NCBI GenBank assembly: GCA_963751455.1
Contig: CAVVUN010000003.1
Coordinates: forward strand, 1 to 64,000
Direction of reading: 5' to 3'
Length of the DNA stretch: 64,000 nt
Source of the DNA: Nitrospirota bacterium
GTDB lineage: Bacteria; Nitrospirota; UBA9217
The translations under genes and the position numbers were made by a program. The notes under the pieces were generated by a model. The model was given only the letters and a program-made list of their open reading frames with translations, was not told where the DNA came from and searched no databases. How positions within the stretch are numbered: position 1 is the first letter of the stretch; each line of letters begins with the position of its first letter. Below, in pieces: positions 43,104 to 52,370 of this stretch.

Positions 43104-44931
43104 AGCATTCCGATCGTATGGCCCGGTGATAAGCGAGAAAGGACCGGGTTCCTTCCTTTCCCAGGTATCGTTCCAGCATCTTCGGTTCGGTCTTTGTAAG
43201 GTCCACCATGATCAGGCCGTCCAGGACATTCCCGAAGGCGGGATCGACATTGAACCCGATGATTTCTCCGCCCAGCTTCAGATATTGCTTCAACAGGATC
43301 GGTATCCCCTTTCGATCGCTTTCCATGGAGGAAATCAGTTCAGACATATCATCGATGTCGTCCTTCGCCGGACGGAGAGCTGCATCGATGTCCCAGCCTT
43401 TTACGGGCTTTGTCCTCAGAGGCCGTCTGGGCTTCACGAATACGGCCATATCGTCCCGGTATCTCGTCATTTTGAGGAACCGCACGATCAGCTCTTTTGA
43501 CAGCGCCTGGTATTCATTGGTAATGCTGACCGGCCCGAACAGGGTCCGGTATCGGGGACTGTCGACCATATATCTGCCGATGCCTTTCCATAACAGCAGG
43601 AGCGGCGCGTAGGAACGCTGGTATTCAGGCCGGATAAACGAACGGCCGAGTTCCAGGGCGGGTCCGAGCCGCTTCAGGAACTCGTGGTCGTAGCGGAAGA
43701 GAGTGCTGGTGTAAATCCCGCGTATGCCCTGTTTTCGGACCAGCTCATCACTCAGGCCGAGCCGGTAGGCGCCTACCACTTCCTGTTTGACCCTGTTCCA
43801 GATGAACAGGTGAACATAGGTCCGGTCGTAGCCGTCTATATCCAAGGCGTTTCCTGTTCCTTCGCCGACTGCGCGAAAAGTGATCTCCCGAAGCCGTCCG
43901 ATTTCGAGCAGCACATTCGGGATCTGGTCTGCCGTGGCCTGGATCACAACGTTCTCGCCGTTCTCGACAAGGGTCTGACTCGGAGCCAGGCGGGAGACCT
44001 CCTCTTCAAGGACGAGCGGAGGCTGCGGCGGTATCACGGGCCTGCTCGCCTGTTTCTGCTGCAAAGCGACGCTCCCCGGGACTGCAGGTTCAGGCACTCG
44101 ATGCTCCAGTATGTAGGTCCGCATGCGAAGATATTCCATCATCTCATCGTCCGGGCCCATCCCGCTCAGTTTCTCGAATGGGACCATGTCTCCGATTCTG
44201 ACCCGTATCTTTTTCCGGTTTTTGTTCAGCAGCTCATTCGGCAGCATTGCAGTGCGCAGCAGGGGATGGACCATGCCGGCCATATGGAAAACCGCGCTGT
44301 TCGTTCCCCGGAAGAACAGCGGAAGTACCGAAGCGCCGGTTTTCCTGATGATTCGCGCGATCGAGGGGCTCCAAGCCGGATCGGTAATAGCGCCTTTCTG
44401 CAGATCGAAACGGGAAACTTCGCCGGACGGGAAGACGACGAGCATGTGGCCGCTCTTGACCCAGTGGATGCATTCCCTGATCGGTCCGATGTTCTCTTTG
44501 ATCGCGGAATCCTGTTTGAAGGGATTGACCGAAATAAGCAGGTCGCGCATCTCGGGGATGCAGTTTAGCAGAGAATTTGCCATGAACTTTACATCACAGC
44601 GCAGGGTACGGAGGATCGATGCGAGAACAATGCCTTCAATGCCCCCGAAGGGATGGTTTGCCACCACGAGGACAGTGCCCGTTGCGGCCTGCAGTATCGC
44701 AAGGTCCTTTTCTTCCAGATCGCACGTTACATTGAGCTTATCAAGCACCTTATCCGGGAATGGGCGGCTGTCCTTCATGCCCGTGATCTCGGCATAAGCG
44801 AGATTCAGCCGGGGAAAGGCAAGGAAGTGCTCGATGGGACCTCGCATCATCGAAAATAATTTATTCTGCAAAGGGTCTTTGAAGTTGATATCCAGGCTGA
44901 AGATGCGGTTTATTTTTATCTGTTCCAGCAT
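43084..44931 (-). CDS. Bifunctional PlsC-type O-acyltransferase + OlsB-type GNAT N-acyltransferase (OlsF-like amino-acid lipid synthase)
   Basis: VANHPFGGIEG, VFPSGEVS; EIGRLREITFRAVGEG, VGAYRL, LELGRSF, LLWKGIG, PILLKQYLKLG. Confidence 0.85.
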   Translation of the reverse strand: MLEQIKINRIFSLDINFKDPLQNKLFSMMRGPIEHFLAFPRLNLAYAEITGMKDSRPFPDKVLDKLNVTCDLEEKDLAILQAATGTVLVVANHPFGGIEGIVLASILRTLRCDVKFMANSLLNCIPEMRDLLISVNPFKQDSAIKENIGPIRECIHWVKSGHMLVVFPSGEVSRFDLQKGAITDPAWSPSIARIIRKTGASVLPLFFRGTNSAVFHMAGMVHPLLRTAMLPNELLNKNRKKIRVRIGDMVPFEKLSGMGPDDEMMEYLRMRTYILEHRVPEPAVPGSVALQQKQASRPVIPPQPPLVLEEEVSRLAPSQTLVENGENVVIQATADQIPNVLLEIGRLREITFRAVGEGTGNALDIDGYDRTYVHLFIWNRVKQEVVGAYRLGLSDELVRKQGIRGIYTSTLFRYDHEFLKRLGPALELGRSFIRPEYQRSYAPLLLLWKGIGRYMVDSPRYRTLFGPVSITNEYQALSKELIVRFLKMTRYRDDMAVFVKPRRPLRTKPVKGWDIDAALRPAKDDIDDMSELISSMESDRKGIPILLKQYLKLGGEIIGFNVDPAFGNVLDGLIMVDLTKTEPKMLERYLGKEGTRSFLAYHRAIRSECYEQRLS

Positions 44932-45073
44932 GGGTGGCTCCTTTTTGCAATTTATCTAAAGCATTCGGACACGGATCAAATCGGATTTACACGGATGATT
45001 TCGAGATTTATCGCTTTTTTTATTCGTGGTTATCCGTCATCTGTGGTTATTACTTTTTAAGTACACAGTCGTG

Positions 45074-46309
45074 CTATGCAAACCGCGCCCGGATAACGTC
45101 CGTGATCCGGTATCCCCATGACCAGAAGCCGGTCTCCGGGCAGGGCGACAAACGTGAATCCTTGCCGATCAGGTACCGGTTCCCGCGCCACACAACGGTT
45201 GCGCTCAGAAGCGGCACGAACCAGACGAGCCCAATGATGATGTCTTTGAGCGGGACAAGGAAGTAGGCGAAGGGAGACTGCTGAGAGAAGCTGTGAATAG
45301 TGCGCTGCGTTTCAATGCTCTTTCCCATGATTAAGTCTCCGAGAACCTTGATCAAACTTATGAACGCGGCAAAGGAAAGCGTGGTCCTTGACGGCCCGCT
45401 TGCAATGACCGGAATAACGGCAACAAAGACGGGATTTGCAAGGATCTCGGAGAAATATTTGAGCCCGCCGATCTTCCACCTGAGCTTGCCCCATCTCGTG
45501 TGGCGATTCAAAAAGCGCTTCACGTCCCAGTATTCGTTGACGTTGCTGATAAGGTAATTCGACAGCGCCACTTTTTTGCCTGCCCTGCTCATTTCACGGC
45601 CGATGATGAAATCTTCGGCCAGGATGTCCTTGAAGGTTTCGAGCCCGCCGATCGCCTGCAGATCGTCTTTTTTCATGAGCATGGACTTCCCGACCACACA
45701 GGGCATGCCCAGGAAGCGGTCAAGGAAGCTGATGCTCCCGATGACAAATGAGTTCAAGTGCAGGTTCTCGAGGATCGCGCCGAGGCTGCGACCGCCCACG
45801 CCGCGGATCAGGTTGCTTACCAGCCCCACGGACGGGTCCTGAGTGTGGCGCGCGATCTCCCGAAGGTAATCCGGCCCGACCATGACATTGCTGTCGCTGA
45901 TCAGGACGTAGGGGTGGCGGCTTTTCCGATATGCCGGGATGAGGTTGTTTACCTTGGGATTCAACCCCAGGCTGCAGCGTTCCACGATGATCGTGATGTT
46001 CGTGTCCGGGTGCTTGTCCTGTACTTTTTTAGCTACTTTAAAGGCCGGGTCATTGTGGTCCTGAAGGCCGAAGAGAATTTCATACTCGGGGTAGTCCTGG
46101 GTGCAGAAGCTTGAGAGGTTGTCAAAGAGATTGTCGTCAAGGCCTCTCAACGGCTTGAGAATCGAAACCGGCGGCAGCACGTCCGAGGCCGGGGCTTGAG
46201 CGGAATCTTTCTTGTCTTTCCTGACAAGTGAACAGGTTGCGTACACCTGAATCAGGTAAAGCACAATCCCAAGCGTTGCGACAGCAGTGCATATGAGAAA
46301 GATAAGCAT
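45074..46309 (-). CDS. GT21 ceramide-glucosyltransferase/HpnI-like lipid glucosyltransferase
   Basis: N-terminal TM, SILKPLRG, NPKVNNL, ISDSN, GKSM, LAEDF, RHTRW, VVWRG. Confidence 0.85.
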   Translation of the reverse strand: MLIFLICTAVATLGIVLYLIQVYATCSLVRKDKKDSAQAPASDVLPPVSILKPLRGLDDNLFDNLSSFCTQDYPEYEILFGLQDHNDPAFKVAKKVQDKHPDTNITIIVERCSLGLNPKVNNLIPAYRKSRHPYVLISDSNVMVGPDYLREIARHTQDPSVGLVSNLIRGVGGRSLGAILENLHLNSFVIGSISFLDRFLGMPCVVGKSMLMKKDDLQAIGGLETFKDILAEDFIIGREMSRAGKKVALSNYLISNVNEYWDVKRFLNRHTRWGKLRWKIGGLKYFSEILANPVFVAVIPVIASGPSRTTLSFAAFISLIKVLGDLIMGKSIETQRTIHSFSQQSPFAYFLVPLKDIIIGLVWFVPLLSATVVWRGNRYLIGKDSRLSPCPETGFWSWGYRITDVIRARFA

Positions 46310-46348
46310 GGGGTTCCTCCATTATGGTGTTTTTGGACCGAGGCAACC

Positions 46349-46390
46349 GCCTGCGCCCAGCGTTTACGAGTGATATTGCGAGTGCAGGGT
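46349..46390 (+). repeat. Internally deleted copy of the dispersed element, inside a GGCAAC/GTTGCC hairpin
   Basis: The first ~22 nt match the long copies; ends gagtgcagggt. Confidence 0.75.
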
Positions 46391-46469
46391 GTGTTGCCGT
46401 GAATTCTTTTGGCCCCGAAAAAACGACAAAGACATTAAAGCACGCCGACGCGGTCGGCTTGCTCCAAAA

Positions 46470-47162
46470 TTAATTCCTGAACAGCGTGATGGCCACACCC
46501 TTGTTATGCCTGATGCAGTTTTTAACCGCATCGACGTTTTTCTCGCAGTTAAGCAGCGTTTTCCAGGAGTAAAGGTGCCGCGCCTTGTGAAAATCGCTGT
46601 TCGCGATGTAGGGATACTTTTTCAAGCTGATGACGTTGAACACGTCGTCACGGTTTGCTATTTCCCAGGCATCGATATACTTCGCGTACTTGTCACGGTT
46701 GTTCCAGAGAAAAAGCGTGTCTTTATTCATCAGGTCCGGGGTATGGTGAGGGTGACACGCGACTGTCAGCGCATCCTGTCTTTTCGCGTCGAGAAAGATC
46801 TGTTCATAGTCCATGCATGCGGGGATGAACTCTTTGATGTCGAGGAGCAGGAGGTGGGCTGATCTCTCTTTGGTAACGTAATTCTTGCTGATTTCAACGC
46901 CCGGGATCACGAGCATGCCATACTTTTCCCTTGCCCGCTCGGCTTCCGCCCGGATTGTTGCCAGGTATTCGTCGAAATTGTCGCCCCGGACCGACAGGTT
47001 AAACTTATGAGCGAATTTACCGATCGAGTTGTCGCCGTTTACTACGTGGTCCGTAATTGCAATCGCATCGAATCCCGCCTGGCCGAAAAGATCGATGGTC
47101 TTTCTCATCTCAAGGGAACCGTCTGAAAATGTCGTGTGTATGTGAAAATCACACAATATCAT
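46470..47162 (-). CDS. PHP-family metal-dependent phosphoesterase
   Basis: DFHIHTTFSDG, AITDH, PGVE, CHPH, ANSDFH. Confidence 0.9.
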   Translation of the reverse strand: MILCDFHIHTTFSDGSLEMRKTIDLFGQAGFDAIAITDHVVNGDNSIGKFAHKFNLSVRGDNFDEYLATIRAEAERAREKYGMLVIPGVEISKNYVTKERSAHLLLLDIKEFIPACMDYEQIFLDAKRQDALTVACHPHHTPDLMNKDTLFLWNNRDKYAKYIDAWEIANRDDVFNVISLKKYPYIANSDFHKARHLYSWKTLLNCEKNVDAVKNCIRHNKGVAITLFRN

Positions 47163-47169
47163 TGTCATG

Positions 47170-47223
47170 ATGATACCGTTCGCCGGTTACGACAACGTTA
47201 CGGGAATATTAAGTTTCGGTTAC
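47170..47223 (-). promoter_or_regulatory. Pho-box-like array plus -10, probably a leaderless transcript
   Basis: ggttac 47185, cgttac 47196, tattaa 47207, ggttac 47218; -10 TATCAT at 47170-47175; ATG at 47162. Confidence 0.72.
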
Positions 47224-47249
47224 AACGCTTTTTTTATGCTGAAGGATTG

Positions 47250-47279
47250 AAAAAAGTATGGGGCGGTTTCCCGCCCCAC
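47250..47279 (-). terminator. Intrinsic terminator after the porin gene
   Basis: Minus strand gtggggcgg-gaaa-ccgccccat then acttttttt-like tract. Confidence 0.75.
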
Positions 47280-47341
47280 GAGAGGGAAGAATATGGAAGG
47301 CGATTTAACGCCCTCCACCGGATGAAGGTATTGGGACGTAT

Positions 47342-48508
47342 TTAGAAGCTGTAGTTTACGCCGAAAGATATGACAGACGGATCTTCATCCGCCGCCGGTT
47401 TGTACGCTCCGCCGGCACCGCTCTGTCCCAGACCGTATGTGGCGCCCGCATCGTTGTCCGTGGCTGCGTACAGTACGTATGCGGTTGTGCGCTTTGAAAA
47501 GGCATGGTCCAGGCCGACTGCCATAAAGGTTGCGCCGGTCTTGGCTGTTGATTCGCCGTCGTCAGCGTTTCCGTAGGCGAGCTTGATCGTCTCGCTGCCG
47601 AGTTTCTGGCTGACCGCAATATAAACTGCGTCGCGGGTGTTTGTGGAATTCGCTAAGTCGCTTTCGAGGGTTTCGAAGACAAGTCCGAGCTTGGTACCGC
47701 CGAACGCATAGCCTGCGCCCAGTTTCGTGCCCGCTACGGTTGTGGCGACGGAATCAGACAGCAGTGTTGTAGTCCCGTTCTTGTGGATCTCATGCGCTAG
47801 AGCGAGAGCCAGCGGTCCTGATTTGTAGACTGCCGCGGCAGAGTAGGCGCTCGCGTTGGAATTGATGCCGTTGCTCGATTCAGTCCCGGTCAAAACAGCC
47901 GCTACGCTGACCTGGACCCCGCCCAGACTGGGTGATGTATAGGCAATCAGGTCAATGGGCCGAAGGTCGAAGATGGTGGATCCATTTACGTTGCCGATAA
48001 TAGCATTGTAGTCACCCATAGAGTCGCCGAACGCATCAAACTGGCCGGTCGCGGTCTTGTAAGGCGTATCATGCGTGCCGAAGAGCACGGTGCCGAAGCC
48101 GCCTTTGAGGCCGAGGTAGGTGTTGCGGAGCGAAAGAGTGTTCACGCTTGTCGTGCTGACAGCGCCGGTAGTCGTATTGGTTACACCCGTGGCCACCGTT
48201 GAAGTCGAGCCGTCCATGTTGATCCCAAGTTCCAGCTGGTACACGGTGCTCAGGCCGTTGCCCAGGTCCTCGGCGCCCTTGAACCCGAGACGCGAAGAGT
48301 TCGATGACGCCTTGAACAGGTCGGTGTCCGCCCCCACAACCTTGCTGCCGGTGTCGATCATGTCTACGGACAATTTTGCAGCGCCGTAGACCTGGAGGGC
48401 GCCGGTTGGCGACGGCTTATCAACATCCACTATTTCGTGTGCTGCAAAAGCCGTTATTGCCATACAGTTTACTGCGAGAACTGCGACTGCTGCTAAAACT
48501 CTTTTCAT
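47342..48508 (-). CDS. Gram-negative outer-membrane porin
   Basis: Signal peptide, SRLGFKGAEDLGNGL, RNTYLGLKGGFG, FSKRTTAY, C-terminal Phe. Confidence 0.92.
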   Translation of the reverse strand: MKRVLAAVAVLAVNCMAITAFAAHEIVDVDKPSPTGALQVYGAAKLSVDMIDTGSKVVGADTDLFKASSNSSRLGFKGAEDLGNGLSTVYQLELGINMDGSTSTVATGVTNTTTGAVSTTSVNTLSLRNTYLGLKGGFGTVLFGTHDTPYKTATGQFDAFGDSMGDYNAIIGNVNGSTIFDLRPIDLIAYTSPSLGGVQVSVAAVLTGTESSNGINSNASAYSAAAVYKSGPLALALAHEIHKNGTTTLLSDSVATTVAGTKLGAGYAFGGTKLGLVFETLESDLANSTNTRDAVYIAVSQKLGSETIKLAYGNADDGESTAKTGATFMAVGLDHAFSKRTTAYVLYAATDNDAGATYGLGQSGAGGAYKPAADEDPSVISFGVNYSF

Positions 48509-48593
48509 TCTACTTCCTCCCCTGTTTAATTAATTTAAATCCGGACGTCCGGAACTCTGAGAACCTGGTTTAGCAATCAAATAAAGTGAGATA

Positions 48594-48647
48594 ATTATAA
48601 AGACAATCTGTTACAGGAAAATGAAGAAAGTATTACATTTTTGTTAC
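48594..48647 (-). promoter_or_regulatory. Pho-box-like array plus consensus -10 (porin promoter)
   Basis: tgttac 48609, aatgaa 48620, tattac 48631, tgttac 48642; TATAAT at 48594-48599. Confidence 0.8.
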
Positions 48648-49906
48648 ATGTTCGACCGGCTCTGAATGAGGTAGGCGTAATAGGTAGCGGCAAAGGTTGG
48701 CGTGCGCTCAAGGGTTTCGAAGTCCACGCGGTAGAGTCCGAACCGTGCGTCCAGGCCTTGCAGCCATTCGTAGTTGTCTATCAGGGTCCAGTAAAAGTAT
48801 CCCCTCACGTTAAGCCCGTCGCGCAGGCATTTTTCAACCACGTCGACGTGCTTTTTCATATACTTGACTTTTTCCTCGGTATCATGAGACGCGATGCCGT
48901 TTTCCGTAATATAAAGCGGCAGGTTGAGGCGAGACGCGTACCGGAGGACTTTTTCGAGACCGCGCGGATGGATCTCCCATCCCATACTGCTCAGGCCGTG
49001 GCCGTCGATGTCCAAGTGCCGAAGCTCGACGCCCATTTTCTTGAAAGGATTGAAACGGAGGTGAATGCGGGTGTAGTAATTGATGGCGAAGAAATCGAGC
49101 TTGCCCTTTATCGGTATCTCGATCTCCACAGGTTTGCTGAAGGGAAACTTGATGACGAAGATCCCGGTCTGGAAGGCATTAATGATCGAGTGGTTGTAGA
49201 AATAGTTGGCTGTCTTCTTGAGCAGCCGGTCCAGAGGGTTCCATTGCTTCCAGGGGGCGAAGACCGACATGTTGTGGGCCATGCTGACCTGGGCCTCCGG
49301 AACGTATTGGCGGATGATATCATAGGCCTTGCCGTGACAGGTGAAGATATGCTTCAGGGCCAGCAGCGAACTCGGCACGTCGCGCATACCGGGCGGCGTG
49401 CAGCCTTCGAGATAACCGCCCAGCACTATTACATACGGTTCATTGAAGGTGAGCCAATAGCGAACACCCTTGAGCGTCGAAGCCATCATCTCTGTGTAGC
49501 GAAGGAACTTATCGATCGACGAGCTTCGGTGCCAAGGGGACCGTTCCTGGAACCAACGTGGGTTGGTGAAGTGATGGAGTGTTACCATGGGCTCGATATT
49601 GTAGCTTCTGACAATGTCGATGATCTCCTGGTAGTGCGCGATCGCTTCTTCATCCCAGGTGTCCGGGCGCGGCTGGATCCTGCTCCATTCAAGCGAGAAC
49701 CGGTAAGCATTGACGCCGAGTTCCTTAAGGAGCTTAAGATCTTCCCGGAAACGCAGGTAATGATCCGTTATATATGGTTTATCGGCCAGTGCCGGGTCCC
49801 AGGTCGTCCAGTCCGCATTAGGAGCGCCTTCAAGCTGAAAAGCGGAAGTTGCAACGCCCCATTGGAAACCGGCTGGAAATATCTTTTTCTTCTTTTGTTC
49901 GTTCAT
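48644..49906 (-). CDS. Glycoside hydrolase family 1 beta-glycosidase (cytoplasmic)
   Basis: WGVATSAFQLEG, YRFSLEWSRI, TFNEP (acid/base), ITENG (nucleophile), WTLIDNYEW. Confidence 0.95.
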   Translation of the reverse strand: MNEQKKKKIFPAGFQWGVATSAFQLEGAPNADWTTWDPALADKPYITDHYLRFREDLKLLKELGVNAYRFSLEWSRIQPRPDTWDEEAIAHYQEIIDIVRSYNIEPMVTLHHFTNPRWFQERSPWHRSSSIDKFLRYTEMMASTLKGVRYWLTFNEPYVIVLGGYLEGCTPPGMRDVPSSLLALKHIFTCHGKAYDIIRQYVPEAQVSMAHNMSVFAPWKQWNPLDRLLKKTANYFYNHSIINAFQTGIFVIKFPFSKPVEIEIPIKGKLDFFAINYYTRIHLRFNPFKKMGVELRHLDIDGHGLSSMGWEIHPRGLEKVLRYASRLNLPLYITENGIASHDTEEKVKYMKKHVDVVEKCLRDGLNVRGYFYWTLIDNYEWLQGLDARFGLYRVDFETLERTPTFAATYYAYLIQSRSNM

Positions 49907-49964
49907 ATGGAAGGCCGCCTGTTAAAGCCATTTGTGCGCGCTTATAAAATATTTCATGTGCGTC

Positions 49965-50018
49965 ATTGTGCCCCGTTTTTATTACAGGAGCATTACAAAG
50001 GGGTTAAGATTCCGTAAA
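49965..50018 (-). promoter_or_regulatory. Pho-box-like array plus weak -10 (GH1 promoter)
   Basis: tattac 49980, cattac 49991, ggttaa 50002, cgtaaa 50013; -10 CACAAT at 49965-49970. Confidence 0.6.
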
Positions 50019-50719
50019 AGACAAATATCCTTTTCAAGTAAATAATTTCGTGGTACCGTACCAATAACACTACGGCAGCCTGCGGTCATTCCTGCGGGAG
50101 AAAAAAAAGATGAAAATAGCGGTATTCGGAGACATCCATGGAAATATAGACGCCCTTATTGCCGCGTTCAATGAGATGCTTCGGATCAAGACGGACAAAA
50201 TGTACCACCTCGGCGATCTCGGCGGGTATGCTCCCTTCGTGAACCAAGTCGTGGATTTTCTGATCGAACACAACATCGAAGGCGTGCAGGGGAACTACGA
50301 TTATAATGTGGCGCACAACAGCGAACATTGCGGCTGCAAGTACGAGGACCCCGTTCAGGCGGAGCTTGCGGAAAGGTCTTTTGCATGGACCAAGGAGCAT
50401 GTTTCGGACAAAGGCCGGGAATACCTGCGCGACCTTCCTCTTAACCTTAATCTTTCAATTGAGGGCAGGAATGTAATCCTCTTTCACGCATCTCCGCACA
50501 AGAACAATCTCTACTGGTATGAGGACCGGCCGGAAAAGTTCTTTCATGAAATGGCGGATAAGGTGAAAGCCGATGTCCTGATCTACGGCCATACTCATAA
50601 GCCCTACAGAAAAGAACTTAACGGGAAGATCTTTATTAACGCTGGAAGTGTGGGAAAGCCCAAGGATGGCGACCCAAGGGCATGCGCTGCGGTTGTCGAG
50701 ATCGCGCAAGAAGGCATTA

Positions 50720-51827
50720 TTAACGGTCCCATAATAGAAACAACATTAAACCGCGTACTTGGTTGTTTCGTTATTGAAGTAAGCCCGCACACGGTCGGGT
50801 GATTTCTGGATAAATCGCAGGTGGCTTATTACCGCCCCATGCATTTGATCGCGCGAGGTAATAACCTGTTGGCCGATTGCGTTATTCTTCAGATCGTTCC
50901 AGACCCGCTCGTCGGGGTTCAACTCAGGTGAATAGGGCGGTAGAAAAAACAGTCGAAAGCGCTTCTTAATGGATTCAACAAATTTCGAAACCTTTTTGGC
51001 CTTATGGGCAGGATGCCCATCGACAATCAGAAAAATCATTCGATCAGTGCCATGAATCAATCGTTTGATAAACTCAATAAATTGCTGCGCTCCTACCCGC
51101 CCCTTGACGACCATGAAGCGGAATTCTCCTTGTGCGCTTACCGCCGAGATCATATTCAGACTAAAGCGCGCTCCTGTGCTGCTCACAACGGGAGTCTTGC
51201 CTTTTACTGCCCAGGTGGTGCCTGCATGATGATCAGAGCGAACACCAGCTTCATCTCCAAAGAATATTTGCGCCTTTTCTTTGCGTGCAAGGCTGCGAAT
51301 CTTCGGATATTCTTTCTCCAGCCAGCGCTGAACTTCCTCCGGTTTTTGCTGATAGGCCCGCCAGACAGGACGCTGCGGCGTCAGTCCCAGTTGCGCCAAC
51401 AAGCGGCACACAGAAGACTTGCTCAATCGCACACCGAATCTCTGATAGATTATCTGGCCGATCATCTTTGCCGTCCACAAGGCGTAGGTAAACTTCATCT
51501 GAAGAGGGTTCTTCATCGTCACGGTGCGATAGATCCATTGCATGGCTTTAGCGTCCAATTTCGTAGGGCGTCCGCCGCGCTTGCTTGCGTCCAGAGCGCC
51601 CCAGCCGCCGTTGCGGTATCGAGACAGCCATCCATAGATGGTTACCCGGTGAATACTCAGTGCTTTGGCTACAAGCTCAGGGCTTTGACCTTCCTGCACA
51701 CTGGCTACCGCACGTTTTCTCAGTTCTGTCAGAGTCTTGTGATCAAGTCGTCTCGCATCTGTCTTTTTCATGCGAAACAGCATAGCATAAGTGCGTAATT
51801 ATGTAAACACTATTTTGAGACAGTTAA
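50720..51827 (-). mobile_element. IS630-family insertion sequence (~1.1 kb) with TA target duplication
   Basis: Imperfect TIRs ttaacggtcccataatag / ttaactgtctcaaaatag; TA at 50718-50719 and 51828-51829. Confidence 0.93.
50746..51783 (-). CDS. IS630 DDE transposase (intact ORF)
   Basis: HTH N-terminus, FGDEAG, IVDGHPAH, LPPYSPELNPDERVW. Confidence 0.95.
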   Translation of the reverse strand: MLFRMKKTDARRLDHKTLTELRKRAVASVQEGQSPELVAKALSIHRVTIYGWLSRYRNGGWGALDASKRGGRPTKLDAKAMQWIYRTVTMKNPLQMKFTYALWTAKMIGQIIYQRFGVRLSKSSVCRLLAQLGLTPQRPVWRAYQQKPEEVQRWLEKEYPKIRSLARKEKAQIFFGDEAGVRSDHHAGTTWAVKGKTPVVSSTGARFSLNMISAVSAQGEFRFMVVKGRVGAQQFIEFIKRLIHGTDRMIFLIVDGHPAHKAKKVSKFVESIKKRFRLFFLPPYSPELNPDERVWNDLKNNAIGQQVITSRDQMHGAVISHLRFIQKSPDRVRAYFNNETTKYAV

Positions 51828-51992
51828 TAAGTCGGAATTCCTGCGGATCCCTTATGACATTGAGAGAATTGCTGAGCGGATCATGGCAAGCGGACTGCCG
51901 GCGCAACTGGCAGAGAACTTAAGGACAGGGACGTAGAGGTGATTGGCTTTCACCTTCAATTGTTCGCTTCGCTATGAAGATCTATTATTAAT

Positions 51993-52370
51993 TTACTTCT
52001 CTTCCAGCACGGACAAAATATTGCCGGCCGGATCTTTAAACCATGCTATCTTCGGCCCCTGACCGCGGAAAATACCTTTTTCGTCCGTCTTCAGGTCGGG
52101 TAAATTATATTGTTCAAACCGCACACCCCTCTTTTTCAGCTCCTCTACGGCTTTTTCAACATTATCCACAGGAAAATTGAGTATGGTAAATGTTGCCGGG
52201 GTATGGTTCGGCTTGGGATATATCAGTATCCTCGTGCCGCCCGCAATATTCAGGAATAACAGATCATGCATTTCGGAAACTTCCAGCCCCAGTGTCCTGC
52301 TGTAAAATTCTTTTGCTTTTTGAATGTCGTTTACAGAAAAACCGCTGAATGCTTTCGTGTTTTTGAACAT
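51993..52370 (-). CDS. VOC/glyoxalase-family protein
   Basis: [31 protein letters not shown]. Confidence 0.9.
   Translation of the reverse strand: MFKNTKAFSGFSVNDIQKAKEFYSRTLGLEVSEMHDLLFLNIAGGTRILIYPKPNHTPATFTILNFPVDNVEKAVEELKKRGVRFEQYNLPDLKTDEKGIFRGQGPKIAWFKDPAGNILSVLEEK

Larger units (their letters stand above)
50110..51936 (+). pseudogene. Calcineurin-like metallophosphoesterase interrupted by IS630
   Basis: DIHGN, LGD, GNYD, HASP, GHTH, NAGSVG; removing the IS and one TA restores ..EGIKSEFLRIPYDIERIAERIMASGLP..RTGT-TAG at 51934-51936. Confidence 0.88.
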
